Notes under the pieces: model-generated | The model's database searches: none | The model's input: only the letters and a program-made list of their open reading frames with translations | What the model was told of the DNA's origin: nothing | Program-made: the position numbers and the translations under genes | NCBI RefSeq assembly: GCF_006345805.1 | Contig: NC_043015.1 | Location: forward strand, 40,486,001 to 40,550,000 | Length of the DNA stretch: 64,000 nucleotides | Direction: 5' to 3' | Origin: Octopus sinensis | Taxonomy: Eukaryota | Shown here: positions 50,150 through 64,000 of the stretch, one piece after another | How positions within the stretch are numbered: position 1 is the first letter of the stretch | Layout: each line of letters begins with the position of its first letter

Positions 50150-51525
50150 AGCAGAATAGGACAGCAGATGTGACAGTGTTATGTCACATCCTGGCAGCCA
50201 GTGTGTAACAACACTATGTCACACCCAGCGAATATGTGACATGCAGCAGATGTGGTGGGGAAAAGCATAATAAAAAAAATCATAGATTAGAGGGACACTC
50301 CCCCCCCCTCCACAACCCCCACCACCACACACCACCCCCACCTCAACCGTTACCATCAGGAAATATGAACACACTGGAAAACAAATTGATTGCATCTGTT
50401 ATGCTGATAAGGTAGTCAGGGACAGACACTCCCCCAAAGCTCTCACCCCCTCCCCCCCGGCAGTGTCCACACCCTCGACATTCCTGCCTCTTCCCCAGCC
50501 TGATGTCCAGTCGGTTGGTCAGTGTTTGCAGGAATGTGATATAAGTGGGATTTCCAGAGAAAGGACAGAGTTAACATGTGTGTGTGTATGGATGTGTGTA
50601 TATATGTGCCTGTATACGTGTATATAAGAATGTATGTATGGATATGTATGCATGGGTATATGTGTGTGTATGCGTGTTTATGCAAGTATGTGTGTTCTCT
50701 TGATAAGGTGTCTGTTTGTAGATGGTTGAAGCAATCACAGCATTGTCCATGACTAATGAATGACCAGTACCCACCCCTCAAAAATACCCAGGAATCAATA
50801 CAGAGTACAACGAAAGAATTTACCATTTCTAGTGTGGCCACTGTTATCAATGGGGTACCATTCCATTCTGACATGTGGTACCTGCCTACAGCCAGAGGGA
50901 CTGGGCCATTGAAACATCAGAAAGTCATAGAAAACTTGGGACATGGAGTGAATAACATAGCTACCATCACCACCACCACTGTACAGGAAGAAGGAATTCA
51001 ATAGAGAGAGACAGGCAACTTATTTGTTCCTGGTTAAATTCATCTTAAGGCATGAACACACACACACAACAGGCTTCTTTCAGTTTCCGCCTACCAAATA
51101 CACTCACAAGATTTTCATCAGCTCAAGGCTTTAGAAGACACCTGCCCAAGGTGCCATATGATGGGACTGAACCTGGAACCATGTGGTTGGGAAGCAGACT
51201 TCTTAACCACACGCCCTACATGATAACAGTGATACAAGCAATGTTTGTTTGTTTGTTTGTTTGCAATCTGGCACAAAAACATGTCTGAACTACATTGCTA
51301 AGAATCTAGTGTCGGTTGGCAACAGGAAGGACAAATACACATTAAAATCACGCTGACACCATGTGTGCATATGTGGGTATATGCTTATATGTTTCTTTCT
51401 CATAACTAGTCCTAATGTGACATCACTTAACAAATGGGCGTTTGTTTACATCCTCATAACTTAGTGGTTTGGCAAATAAAGATTGATAGAATACGCACTA
51501 GACTTTAAAAAACAAAAAAGAAGTA

Positions 51526-51777
51526 AATTATAAAATTACTATTTTTAAATCTCACATCGAGAGATATTCAGCAACAGTACTTTGGAGCAAAGATTGTTTG
51601 CCAACATAACATGGTAGTCCCGGTTTAGGACGAATGTTGCTGTAATTCCCTTGTTTGAAAATATAAGGACACAGACTATGTCGTATAGCCAGCTGGAGAT
51701 GGATGTCTCCTGGGGCTAAATTACAGGAACATTCGTCCTAAACCAGGACTGTCATGTTATGTTGGCAAACGATCTTT
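51526..51777. repeat. Inverted pair of fragments of the 40733 repeat family (59-bp arms)
   Basis: 51589-51647 and 51719-51777 are reverse complements; both are homologous to 40768-40960. Confidence 0.85.
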
Positions 51778-52059
51778 AATCCCCAAAAGAGGTACCTTGG
51801 CTGATTTGATTGGCTCTGTGCCCCAGCATGGCCATCGTCTCTATGACTGAAAACCAGTAAAAGTGTAAATGAGTGTCCATTATTCAGACAACTAGCAAAG
51901 ATGCTCCTGAAATTCGGAGCAGAAGAAGAAGAGTAAACCTCTAGAAATAATGATGACACACTACTTCTGTATTGAGTACTTTTTCTGACTGCTTAGGAAA
52001 TGAAAAGCAGAGATAAAAACATGTTTGGGCATGTATGTACATACAAACATTTTATATTG

Positions 52060-52090
<31 letters not shown>

Positions 52091-53254
52091 AATTCATTTA
52101 TTTATTCATACGCACACATATGGGTGTGTATTTGTGTGTGTGTTTGTGAGTGTGTGTATCTGCAAAAGATAAAATATACTGCCATCACCACCACTTCTGC
52201 AATCACCACTACCACCACCACCGCCGCCACTTCAATCACTAGTACTTCCCCCACCACTTGACTGAAACCGTTGTTGAAGTGACTTCCTATGTCTGGAGTG
52301 GTTGTTAAATCATCCACACTGCAACAACAACAACAACAACAACACGAAACAGGTGGGTTAACACAAGACTCTTCACGCTGGGTCAGAAACACAGGTTATC
52401 TGTTGGCCTGGTTGGGGTGGAGGGGTGGTGAGTGGGGTGGGGGTGAGAGCAGCGGTGGTGGAGTTGAAGTTGCTGGTGGGTGTAATAACTGACATTGATG
52501 ATGATGATGGAGGTGATGGTATTTGTTGTTGATGGTGCAGGTGGAGGTTGTGTATGTACTGGAGGTGGTTGTGTAGGCAGTAGTGGTGGTCATGGTGTTG
52601 GTCACTGTGATTGGGAGAGTAGTAGTAAAGATGGTCATGTGAACAGTAGTAATGGTGATGGTGGGAGTGTGATACCATATTTGGTAAATAATAATAATAA
52701 TAATAATAATCCTTTCTAATATAGGCACAAGGCCTGAAATTTGGGTGGGGGAAGGGCTAAGTCGATTACATAGACCTCAGTACTCAACTGGTACTTAATT
52801 TATCGACCCCGAAAGGATGAAAGATAAAATCGACTTTGGCAGAATTTGAACTCAGAACATAGCGAAGAGCGAAATACCGCTAAGCATTTCGTCCAGCGTG
52901 CTAACGATTCTGCCAGCTCGCCACCGTAATAATAATAATAATCATGACGATTTCTTATCTTAATTCAAGGCCAAACAATATAAGAGGGTGGGAAGAGGGT
53001 GTAATTGATTATATCCCCCATTACTTGACTGAACAACGAAAGAACAATGAAAGGTTAATTCAACTTGGATGGGGTTTGAACTCACATATTGGTGTTTCAC
53101 TCCTGTTCAATCAATCCTTGTGATCAAAGCCATTCCAACCATGGCTGCCCCAATTTTTTATGACAATTTATCTGATGTGTCCCATTCTTATATAAATGTA
53201 GTTTCAGGGACAAATGTGGCTGCTATTTTTAGTGGGCCAGTACACCACATAGAG

Positions 53255-53797
53255 CAGTGATTCTCAACCAGGGTCCATACGGCCCCCGGGGAGGGGGTCA
53301 CGTAAGATTTTGTTAAAATTCTATGTGCAATAAATGGCTTCTATTTCTACAGAACACAAAATATTTTAATCCTCTTTTTATTTTATACAGGGTGGGCCAA
53401 AAGTCATGCACCAAAACATTTGACATCCACCAAAACATTTGATTATCATCATCATCATTATTATTATTATTTTTGTTATTATTATCATCCTCCTAAAAGC
53501 GGCAAGCTGGCAGAATCGTTAGCAAACCAGTCGAAATGCTTAGCAGTATTTCGTCTGCCACTACATTCTGAATTCAAATTCCGCTGAGGTCGACTTTGCC
53601 TTTCATCCTTTTGGGGTCAATAAAATTAGTACCAGTTACACACTGGGGCCGATGTAATTGTCTTAATCCCTTCTCCCAAATCTGAAGCCTTGTGCTTCCA
53701 GTAGAAAGGATTATCATTTTCATTATTATTATTATCATTATTATTATTATTATCATTTTCATTATTATTATTATCATTATCATTATTATTATCATTA

Positions 53798-53828
<31 letters not shown>

Positions 53829-54143
53829 TATTATTATTATCATCATTATAATTTATTTATTAATTTTGTCCCTCATGTACCAGTACATGTGTATTCATCA
53901 TTATTTTATTTATTTTATTCAATTTAAAAAAAACTGAAGCAGGTCTTTGACAATTCCTGAGTTTATTGACCTTATTTTGTGCGTGACTTTTGGCCCACCC
54001 TCTACATTTCCTAACCGATATTCAGTTATGAAGATAAGAGTAAGATATCTTTTTACATCCCTCAAATGGTTATGGAGGTGGTCCAGCAGAGAAAAATAGG
54101 AAGAGAATGGGTTCCAGAGGCAAAGAATGGTTGAGACACACAG
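53255..54143. mobile_element. hAT MITE hosting nested elements
   Basis: Termini CAGTGATTCTCAACCA / TGGTTGAGACACACAG. Confidence 0.6.
53388..54002. mobile_element. Tc1/mariner MITE containing a family B SINE and an (ATT/ATC)n tract
   Basis: TA-CAGGGTGGGCCAAAAGTCATGCA / TGCGTGACTTTTGGCCCACCCTC-TA. Confidence 0.85.
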
Positions 54144-57100
54144 ACAGAGAAGCTACCTGATTGTTTTGAGCTAAACGTGTAATACAAACTACTTCCTTCT
54201 CACCAATGAATCACATGCCAAAGTGATACTAAAAGAGAACAAAGCCTGAACTGATTACAGGATAATAGTAGGAGGAAGAACAATGGTTTTACATTTTGAC
54301 ACAAGGCCAGCAATTCTGGTGGTGGTGGTGGTGGTGGGAAGGGGGTTAGTCGATAACATTAAGTCCAGTATTTCACTGATACTTCACCCATCATATCAAC
54401 CCGGGAAGGACGAAAGGTAGAATCAACCTTGTGGGCAAGATGTGAACTCGGCACATAAACAGCTGGAAGAAATGCCAAAGCATTTTTCCTGTCACTCTGC
54501 TGATTCAGCCAGCGATTTTGAAGAGAGTGGAAGGGTCAGCTGATTACATCAAACCAGGAAGGATGAAAAGCTAATTTGAACTTGGTGGAATTTCAATGTA
54601 AAGAGCAATTCACTGTGAGAATGATTCTGCCAGCCTGCCACTTTAATAATAATAATAATGGTTTCAAAATTAGCCACAAGGGCAGCCATTTCGGGGGAGG
54701 TGATGAGTTGATTACATCAACACCAGTGTGTCACTCATACTTAATTTATTGACCCCAAAAGGATGACAAGCAATGTCAACCTTGGATGGAATTTGAACTT
54801 GGAACTAATAGTTAGAGAGTTCAGCTCAGAATTCTAAGTTTGTGGGTTCAATTCCTGAAGCAAGATGCTTCATTTCACAATGCCTTGCACCAGTCCATTT
54901 GGTTGTAAAACGGGTACCAGTTGAATGCTGGTACAGCTCCCTCGCTCTCCATCCTGTGGCCACATTTTTGCTGTTCCAATGGGTTAAAGGATGGAAGAGC
55001 CAGGAGGATGTCCAGGGCTGCTTATGATTACATAGGGACCTAAAACATTTTGTGAAATCAGGGCTCATGTTAGTAAGCCATACTAGTGATGTGATAACTG
55101 AAGCTACTACCTCTCTCCCTCCTAGCATTCTCAGAATCCCTGTGAAGCGGAATGGGTACTCCCTCTTCTCCTGACAAAAAGGGACCCAGGATGGTCCCAT
55201 GCCTTTAGCATTCAGATTATTCTGTCAGATGCAATGCTTATTAACCCATGTTGTTTTGGTTTAATCATACATTATCTCAGAGCTTTGAGATTTTGATGTT
55301 GTAAATGTTAATTTTCAGAATGACATCACAGGGTTGTTTTTTAGGGGCCAGATCTGGGTCCAGTGACAGGAAATGGCCTGTTTAAATGCTAGAAAGTTAA
55401 AGCAGGTTTGTATCAGAAAAAACTAATCAACTTTACCTGACAGGTAGCAACAGCAAAGAAAGGCGAAGAGATAAAAGATCACAAAATCCATTCATAACAA
55501 CAACAACAACAACAACATTATTTCTAAAGACATCATGATTTAGGATTGATCACAGATTGTGATTTCTTTTTTCTGCCAGGGTGAAACCTCCTCAGTCATA
55601 TATCATTTTTGTGAATTTAAAGCTGTTTAACTAATACCACATTACATACAATGGGGTTGAACCCACCCTTATTTCTTAGTCATGGGTTTATGCTATCTTT
55701 AGTTGGAACTATTTATGTTTCTTTTGTGGTAATAGAATTGGAAATGTGCTCCAGCTGGGCCCAGCTAGCTTAGAAGCAATTTGCCTGATCCAGTGTTGTC
55801 TTTTTTTTCTATTTTTACTTTCAAGCAAGGGTGTGGTTTTGTCATTGTGTCCTTTTCTCTACAAAATAACAAAAACACTGACACACCCTTCATAATGTTG
55901 TCGTGGAGCTCTTTTTTGATGCAAACAAACCCCACACTTTGTTTTGCAGTTCTTCCTAAGATATTGTCCTCAGTGTTTTGGCTCATTGTGGCCAATATAA
56001 AACATCCATAATAAAGTTATTTATATCCAAGTCAGTCCTCAACCAACATACCAAAGATGTTTCCAACCATGACCAACCTGTCTTCTCTTTAGAGGTAGTG
56101 TATCTTGGACTGCATTACAGAACATGTCTTGTTTTCCACATGTTACTGTGTGACATGAAGGATAGTTACATGTTATTTCTAGCACGTCAAATGACCACAT
56201 GGGGTTCCTTATTTGATTTTTTGTTTAATCCTAGGCCAGAGCTGATCCAGCCAAAAGATCTATCATCAGACACATCCTTTCTTGAGGAAATATATATTCT
56301 TTGTATATCAAGGACTACATGGTTGAACGTGTCCTTTCTTTTCTATAAAGACAGAGTGTGTTTTGAGGGAGTTTTGGCTACTATTGACATTCTTGCTATA
56401 ACCTTCTTATTGTTAGGGTTGTGGTGGTGGTGATGATAGACAATTAATCTACATTTTCTACAGCTCCTAACAACTGATACAAGATGACCAATCACACCCA
56501 GTCACTTGTCAGCTCCTCAATTCATTCAACCCCAGAAAGACAAAACCCAGAGATGAAGCCAGTGGGATTTGAACTCAGGAAAGCAAACCGAAATACCTAA
56601 AACAACAGAAAACATTTTATCTGGTGTTCTACCAATCCTATGGCATGCCTGATAATAGATCCAACGACAAGCTGTGCCCCACACCTCTGTCATCACCCAA
56701 CTGAGCACTATACTACATTCTCTGCCATACAGTAATGAATGGTATGGGATGCAGTATAACTGTCTGGATATGTCTGTCCACTGTCCAGTTTGTAAATTCT
56801 TGTGGTGGCCACAAGTGGGGACAGACAATTTGGACATGGTCACAATGTGACAACTGTTGTTTCCCTGCACTTAAACAATATTAGGGGGTCAAAGAGGAAG
56901 GGAATATTAATGTTGCAGTTGCGTTCATCTCTCTTTCCTATGTTTGTAGGGTTGAGTGTGAGATGTTCTTGAGGGGTGGATGGAGGTGTGTCTGGGTGTT
57001 TTTGAAGGGTGGTTTTTTTCATGCAGGAACAGGGACCGTTATTGTTCAAGCTTGTTGTGGCAATGAACTGTGCATTTTGTGTGTCCCGATGGCCTTTGTG

Positions 57101-58657
57101 CATTTGCTCTTTTTCCTTTGTCGTGTGGGTGAGGACCAATACAATTGTTGAGTGGGTGAGGACCAATACAATCTGATACAAAGTGTGTAGCACACCGTTC
57201 TGTGTACTTTATAATTTAATGTGGTTTACCATAGAAACAAAAACCACCTACTTAATCCTTACAGTTTCCACCTGCCCAGCTCGCCTCTCCAATACCTCAT
57301 CTCTACTCCCCATACAATCTCAAAAATCCCACCCACCCACATCTACTCCCTTTGTACCTTCAGGGGCCATCCGGACACTTCATCACCATTATTTATCCCT
57401 TCATGGCTCCTACTGACCATTGTCCCCTTTCCCCCTACTAAATGTGACTCATGCAGTTCCTCTACATGAATCTGCCATTCCCTAATCCTTCTCTCATACT
57501 TTAACCCCCTCATCCCCAAATCTAAAGATGACCCCTTCCTTAGAATTCATATTCTTGGTATTAGGAAGAGCTTCCAGTCATAGAAACTATAGCAAAGCAG
57601 ACACTGGAGAACAATGCAGTCCTTGAACCCATTAGGTTCTGTCACACCATCCAGTATGGAACATGGACATGAAATGACGATGATAGTGAAACCCCAGTTA
57701 GGACTGGTATAGTCCTTGATGGATTCCCATGTAAAAGTTGTACCTCATTACTAGGGTTTCTTTCAGTTAGGCCAAACGTGTAATCCATGACTGCTTTAAC
57801 TCTTTAGCATTTAAACTGACCATGTCCGGCCCGAATACTCTACCAGTTTTGTGGTCGAACCAGTTAGATCTGGCTTCCCACAACTACTTATTCAATGTCC
57901 ACATTTTCAAAATTATGAACCTACGAGATAATACACAAATTGATTTTTTTCAATGTGAATAAATAAGCCTTACATCTAAAAGAGTTATCTGAATGCTAAA
58001 GGGCCAAACATGCTTGGTGCATCCTTTAACTTTGTTTACTGTCTTCAGTGTGTGTTGTGGATGCTGAGGAGGTGTTGTGTTTAACCCCCAAAATATTGTG
58101 TTTTCTTTGAATGTGGGGGGTAAGGGTTGGGTCAGATTTGATGCTCTCTGCTGTTGTGGAGGCCCAGTTTCTGGATTACAGATATATGCCAGGTTAGAGT
58201 GCCTGTACAACAGAATTTAAGGAGTAACAGCAGGGTAGTTGGCATCATATCATCTGCAGATGAGATTGTCTGAGTGTGGGAAGATCCAGCAGTATTAAGG
58301 GTTGAAAAGAGTTGATGAGAGTACAGAGTACAGATCCCTGTGGCACTCCATTCAGGATATTGCCAGCTCAAGAAGTGGGGGTCCTTTTATATATATACTC
58401 TTTACTTGCTTCAGTCATTTGACTGTGGCCATGCTGGAGCACCGCCTTTAGATCGACCCCAGGACTTATTCTTTGTAAGCCTAGTACTTATTCTATCGGT
58501 CTCTCTTGCTGAACCACTAAGTTACAGGGACGCAAACTGTAACTTAGTTAAATTAAGTACCAGTTACGCACTGGGGTCGATGTAATCGACTTAATCCATT
58601 TGTCTGTCCTTGTTTGTCCCCCCTGTGTTTAGCCCCTTGTGGGTAGTAAAGAAACAG

Positions 58658-58712
<55 letters not shown>

Positions 58713-59022
58713 TCCTACTAACATGTATGCAATGTTGTTTTTTGAAGTGATGTGTATTTTTGTTTATTTGTTTTCTTATGATTTATTTATTCATCATTTT
58801 ATTAGTTCCTTTTTGTTTGATGTTAAGTTTTATTTCCAGAGAGAAAGAGGTCCTGTGTGGTTTTGTATTCCACTGTCCCCTAGTTTTTATGACATTGACT
58901 CTTTCTGAAGTCTTAATTGTGGGTGATAGTGGGGTGGTTTATATAGCCTCGTGGGGGTATTTTAGTGACTATTGTAATTTGGTTGAATGGCAGGATATCT
59001 ATTGTCATATATATATATATAG

Positions 59023-59060
<38 letters not shown>

Positions 59061-59136
59061 TGATGGAAGTGTTGGGAGTATAGGGGGGGGTGTATAGATA
59101 TACATCTATTTTTATAGCGACACAGATATAGACATG

Positions 59137-59370
59137 TTCTATCTGCCACGATTTCATCTCAATCGAAGGAGAGGGGCTTTCTCCGTCCGGGTTGCGGATC
59201 CATGGAATAAGCTGCCGGACGAGATAGTGAAGATGCTGACGACCGCTCGGTTCGAAATCTCTCTTGACCACAAGTGGCCTGAACTCTTTACATGAACACC
59301 ACCCTGTACATAACTCCATGTCCCCCTACATGGCCTTGCTTTTTGCTTTTTGAGCCAAAAAATTAACTAA
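59137..59370 (+). mobile_element. CR1 LINE 3' end, copy 1
   Basis: FYLPRFHLNRRRGAFSVRVADPWNKLPDEIVKMLTTARFEISLDHKWPELFT* (stop 59293-59295) is the CR1 ORF2 FS.RV...WN.LP motif; TAACTAA tail. Confidence 0.85.
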
Positions 59371-59966
59371 TATGTTCATTATCATCATCATTTAACATCA
59401 GCTTTCCATGCTGGCATGGGTTGGACGGTTTGAATGGGGACTGACAAGCCAGGAGGCTGTGCACCAGGCTACAATCTGATCTGGTAAGGTTTCTACAGCT
59501 GGGTGCCCTTCCTAATGCCAACCACTCCGAGAATGTAGTGGATGTTTTTTTTACATGCCACCGGCATGGGAGCCAGTCAGGCGGCACTAGTACCGACAAG
59601 GCACGAGGAACCAAATCACACACACACACACGCACACACAGCTGAGAGATAGAGAGATTGTGTGTGTGTGTGTGTGAAATTTCAGAAATCCGCTCCGAAG
59701 TTAACTGTAACACTATTTTCGCTATTTAACACAGATAACTGTTTTCTGTCTCACTCGTTCACGCTAAAATGCTTACCCATGCACACACACACACACCACA
59801 CACACACACACAGACACACACACACACACAGACACACACACACACAGACACACACACACAGACACACACACACAGACACACACACACACACACAGACACA
59901 CACACACAGACACACAGACACAGACACACACACACACACACACAACACACACAGACACACACACAG

Positions 59967-59998
<32 letters not shown>

Positions 59999-60193
59999 AC
60001 CACACACAGACACACACACACACACACACACAGACACACACACACATACAGACACACACACACACACACACACACACCAGACACACACACACACACACAC
60101 AGACACACACATACAGACACACACACACAGACACACACACACACACACAGACACACACACACACAGACACAGACACACACACACACACACACA

Positions 60194-60232
<39 letters not shown>

Positions 60233-60621
60233 AGAGACACACACACACACAGACACAGACACACATGCGCACGCAAAAGGTAGAGTGCCAAGATGCTCTG
60301 GAACTTTTAGTTCTATATTTTACAGAATGAGAATGACGATGGTTTTCTTTCTTCTTCTTCTTTTTAAATATGCATGTATCAAGTGTTTGTAGATGGCGTC
60401 AGCAGTGGGGAAGAGAAAGAGAAGGAGAGAGAGAGAAGGAGAGGAGAGGAGGGCACGCACTACCCAGGCATGCCAACTATTCAGGCCAACAAATGAGAGG
60501 TGACAGGGAGGGAGGGAGGGCGGGAGAGAGGGAGGCAGAGCCGCATGTGGAGAATTGCAGAGGGCGGAGAGAAAGGATGGCTGTGCCTGTCTGTCTATCT
60601 ACACATGTGTGTGTGGTTTTA

Positions 60622-60666
<45 letters not shown>

Positions 60667-60881
60667 GAAGATACACATACACACACAGTTAGAATGAGCT
60701 GACTATGTATGTTAGTGATGGTATTGAGGAAGGAGGAAGATAGTACATACATGTATTTTATATATGTGTATATATAGTTTTATGTGTGTGTGTGTGTGTA
60801 TATATTGATGGAAGTGTTGGGAGTATAGGGGGGGGTGTATAGATATACATCTATTTTTATAGCGACACAGATATAGACATG

Positions 60882-61103
60882 TTCTATCTGCCACGATTTC
60901 ATCTCAATCGAAGGAGAGACGCTTTCTCCGTCCGGGTTGCGGATCCATGGAATAAGCTGCCGGACGAGATAGTGAAGATGCCGACGACCGCTCGGTTCGA
61001 AATCTCTCTTGACCACAAGTGGCCTGAACTCTTTACATGAACACCACCCTGTACATAACTCCATGGCCTTGCTTTTTGCTTTTTGAGCCAAAAAATTAAC
61101 TAA
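60882..61103 (+). mobile_element. CR1 LINE 3' end, copy 2 (part of the duplication)
   Basis: Same motif, stop 61038-61040; 12-bp deletion in the 3' UTR. Confidence 0.85.
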
Positions 61104-61537
61104 TATCATCGTCATTTAACATCAGCTTTCCATGCTGGCATGGGTTGGATGGTTTGACTGGGGACAGGCAAGCCAGGAGGCTGTGTACCAGGCTACAATC
61201 TGATCTGGCAAGGTTTCTACAGCTGGGTGCCCTTCCTAATGCCAACCACTCCGAGAATGTAGTGGATGTTTTTTTTACGTGCCACCGGCATGGGAGCCAG
61301 TCAGGCGGCACTGGTACCGACAAGGCACGAGGAACCAAATCACACACACACACACACACAGCTGAGAGCGAGAGAGATTGTGTGTGTGCGTGTGTGTGTT
61401 TGTGTGAAATTTCAGAAATCCGCTTCGAAGTTAACTGTAACACTATTTTCGCTATTTAACACAGATAACTGTTTTCTGTCTCACTCGGTTCACGCTAAAA
61501 TGCTTACCCATGCACACACACACACACACACAGACAG

Positions 61538-61571
<34 letters not shown>

Positions 61572-61663
61572 ACACAGAGACACACACAGACACACAGACA
61601 CACACACAGACACACACACACAGACACACACACAGACACACAGACACAGACACACAGACACAG

Positions 61664-61697
<34 letters not shown>

Positions 61698-62085
61698 ACA
61701 CACACACACACACAGACACACACATGTGTGTGCGCAAAAGGTAGAGTGCCAAGATGCTCTGGAACTTTTAGTTCTATATTTTACAGAATGAGAATGACGA
61801 TGATTTTTTTTTCTTTCTTCTTTTTAAATATGCATGTATCAAGTGTTTGTAGATGGCGTCAGCAGTGGGGAAGAGAAAGAGAGAGAGAGAAAGAGGAGAG
61901 AGAGAGAGAGAAGGAGAGGAGGGCACGTACTACCCAGGCATGCCAACTATTCAGGCCAACAAATGAGAGGTGACAGGGAGGGAGGGCGGGAGAGAGGGAG
62001 GCAGAGCCGCATGTGGAGAATTTCAGAGGGCGGAGAGAAAGGATGGCTGTGCCTGTCTGTCTATCTACACATGTGTGTGGTTTTA

Positions 62086-62148
<63 letters not shown>

Positions 62149-62297
62149 GAAGATAAACATACACACACACACACACACAGTTAGAATGAGCTGACTATGT
62201 ATGTTAGTGATGGTATTGAGGAAGGAGGAAGATAGTACATACATGTATTTTATATATGTGTATATATAGTTTTATGTGTGTGTGTGTGTGTGTGTAC

Positions 62298-62692
62298 GCT
62301 TTACTCTCTTTTACTGGCTTCAGTCAATTGACTGCGGCCATGCTGGAGCACCGCCTTTAGTCGAGCAAATCGACCCCCCCAGGACTTATTCTTTGTAAGC
62401 CTAGTACTTATTCTATTGGTCTCTTTTGCCGAACCGCTAAGTTACGGAGGACATAAACACACCAGCATTGGTTGTCAAGTGATGTTGGGGGGGACAAACA
62501 CAGACACACAAACACACACACACATACATACATATATACGACGGGCTTCTTTTCAGTTTCCGTCTACCAAATCCACTCACAAGGCTTTGGTCGGCCCTAG
62601 GCTATAGTAGAAGACACTTGCCCAAGGTGCCACGCAGTGGGACTGAACCTGGAGCCATGTGGTTGGTAAGCAAGCTACTTACCACACAGCCA
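62298..62692 (-). mobile_element. SINE family A, near full length
   Basis: Collinear with 11349-11761. Confidence 0.9.
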
Positions 62693-62694
62693 CA

Positions 62695-62726
<32 letters not shown>

Positions 62727-63009
62727 AAGCACCAGCTTATCATCATGGTTAAATGCCATCAACCATTTATTGTTATTGAGAGACTAATGAGCTCCAAACA
62801 CCCACACAGTTATCACTGAATTGGTAGATCTTCTGTTTAATGTAATCAGCTGGTTATGACTTATCTATTGTTATCTCAGAGACACTGTCCTTAAGTGATC
62901 ATAATAAGTGGCTTCCACAGTGTGTGTGTGTGTGTGAGTGTTTGTATACAGACACACCCACATACTCTCAAGAAGAAAAGAAGAGGCAGGCAAGTAAGAC
63001 AAATATAGA

Positions 63010-63012
<3 letters not shown>

Positions 63013-63050
<38 letters not shown>

Positions 63051-63290
63051 GACATAGAGAGGGAGAGAGAGAGAGAGAAACAGAGAGTGAGACAGAGAGA
63101 GGGAGAGAGAGAGAGTGAGAGAGAGAGAGACAGACAGACAGAGAGTGAGACAGAGAGAAAGACAGAGAGTGAGACAGAGAGAGAAAGAGAGACAGAGAGA
63201 GAGAGACAGAGAGAGAGTGAGAGAGAGACAGAGAAAGACAGACAGAGAGAGAAAGACAGACAGAGAGTGAGACAGAGAGAGAGAGAGACA
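63013..63290. repeat. (GA)n/(GACAGA)n microsatellite
   Basis: Direct reading. Confidence 0.95.
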
Positions 63291-64000
63291 GCTATCAAGC
63301 TTGACGGTGAGGGTGTGTGTGTGTGAAAGAGAGAAACAGACTGTTAGTTACACAAGATGAGAGAGGAGGAGATGGAGAGACAGAGATGTTGAGAGAGGGG
63401 GATGAAGCACTGGAGAAAAAGAGAGAGAGACAGATGAAGTCAGCTAAAAACATCTGACATTGGAGGTGGAGAGAGAGGGAGGAGAAAGCCCCCCCCCCAC
63501 CTGCTCAATGATTGGAATGTAGGCATTTTTTTTTAACAAGGTGGTGGTGGTGGTGGTGGTGGTACTGTTGTAGTTATGGCAGTGGTGATCCAAACAGTGG
63601 TGCTGCAGTTGGGGTGTTAGTGTTGCAGTAGAAGAAAAAGAAAGGGGTACAGCGATGGGGGCAGTTTTGGTGGTTGTCATAGTGGTGGTAGTAGTAGTGG
63701 CGGCAGTGGTGAGTACAAGGGGGGGTGGTGATGGCGATGAAGAGGGGGTAGCCATGTAGCTGATAACCACCTCCACCCCACTCCCTCCCACCTAGTTTCA
63801 TTCCTTATTCCCCTAATTCACACGATGATAGGAACCACCACCCCCCAACTGGGAGGGGGTGGGAAGAGAAGGAGAGAAACATGTGAACGAACATATGTAT
63901 GTGTGTACGTGTGTGTGTGTGTGTGTGTATAAATGCATATATATACATGCTCATGTGAATGTATGTCTGTGTGTGTGTATATATTATATATATATATATA

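Larger units (their letters stand above)
59054..62295. repeat. Tandem segmental duplication, units ~59054-60798 and ~60799-62295
   Basis: Collinear, near-identical non-microsatellite sequence; the length difference is mainly the CA/CAGA tract. Confidence 0.95.

Noticed and set aside
59005-61115. Duplicated minus-strand ORFs MELCTGWCSCKEF... as an upstream FNDC3 exon
   Set aside because: Antisense reading of the CR1 ORF2 end on the plus strand.
59662-63326. Long HT/CV/ER/SL-rich ORFs, and similar ones throughout the window
   Set aside because: Dinucleotide microsatellite translations.
34910-64000. Preceding FNDC3 coding exon (expected to end ...IQ-G, phase 1)
   Set aside because: Not found by eye; it probably lies beyond the window, though a small exon could have been missed.

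Overview
This is eukaryotic, repeat-saturated genomic DNA. The SINE families, RTE-type (GAT)n-tailed retroposons and dense (TA)n/(CA)n/(AAT)n microsatellites are typical of Octopus (inferred, not database-checked). The only host protein-coding sequence I can recognise is one minus-strand exon of an FNDC3A/B (Drosophila mtgo)-like gene at ~34728-34906, so most of the window is probably its introns. A repeat-free island at ~22.4-23.6 kb has a candidate alternative first coding exon (ATGGCG...AAA|GTAAGT), a second strong donor and promoter-like motifs, all on the same strand. The rest is mobile-element debris: at least four tRNA-derived SINE families, RTE, CR1 and Gypsy remnants, Tigger, maT-mariner, hAT and piggyBac-type MITEs, a solo LTR, a tRNA-Gln-derived gene with a CCA anticodon, minisatellites and a ~1.5-1.7 kb tandem duplication. 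The most notable hidden signal is seven minimal hammerhead-ribozyme-like motifs from five apparently unrelated repeat families. They include a ~352-bp tandem retrozyme-like unit, a 111-bp-arm palindrome and a CUGUAGA core variant. Nearly all ORFs in the supplied track are microsatellite or repeat artefacts. Everything was read by eye, so repeat boundaries are approximate.
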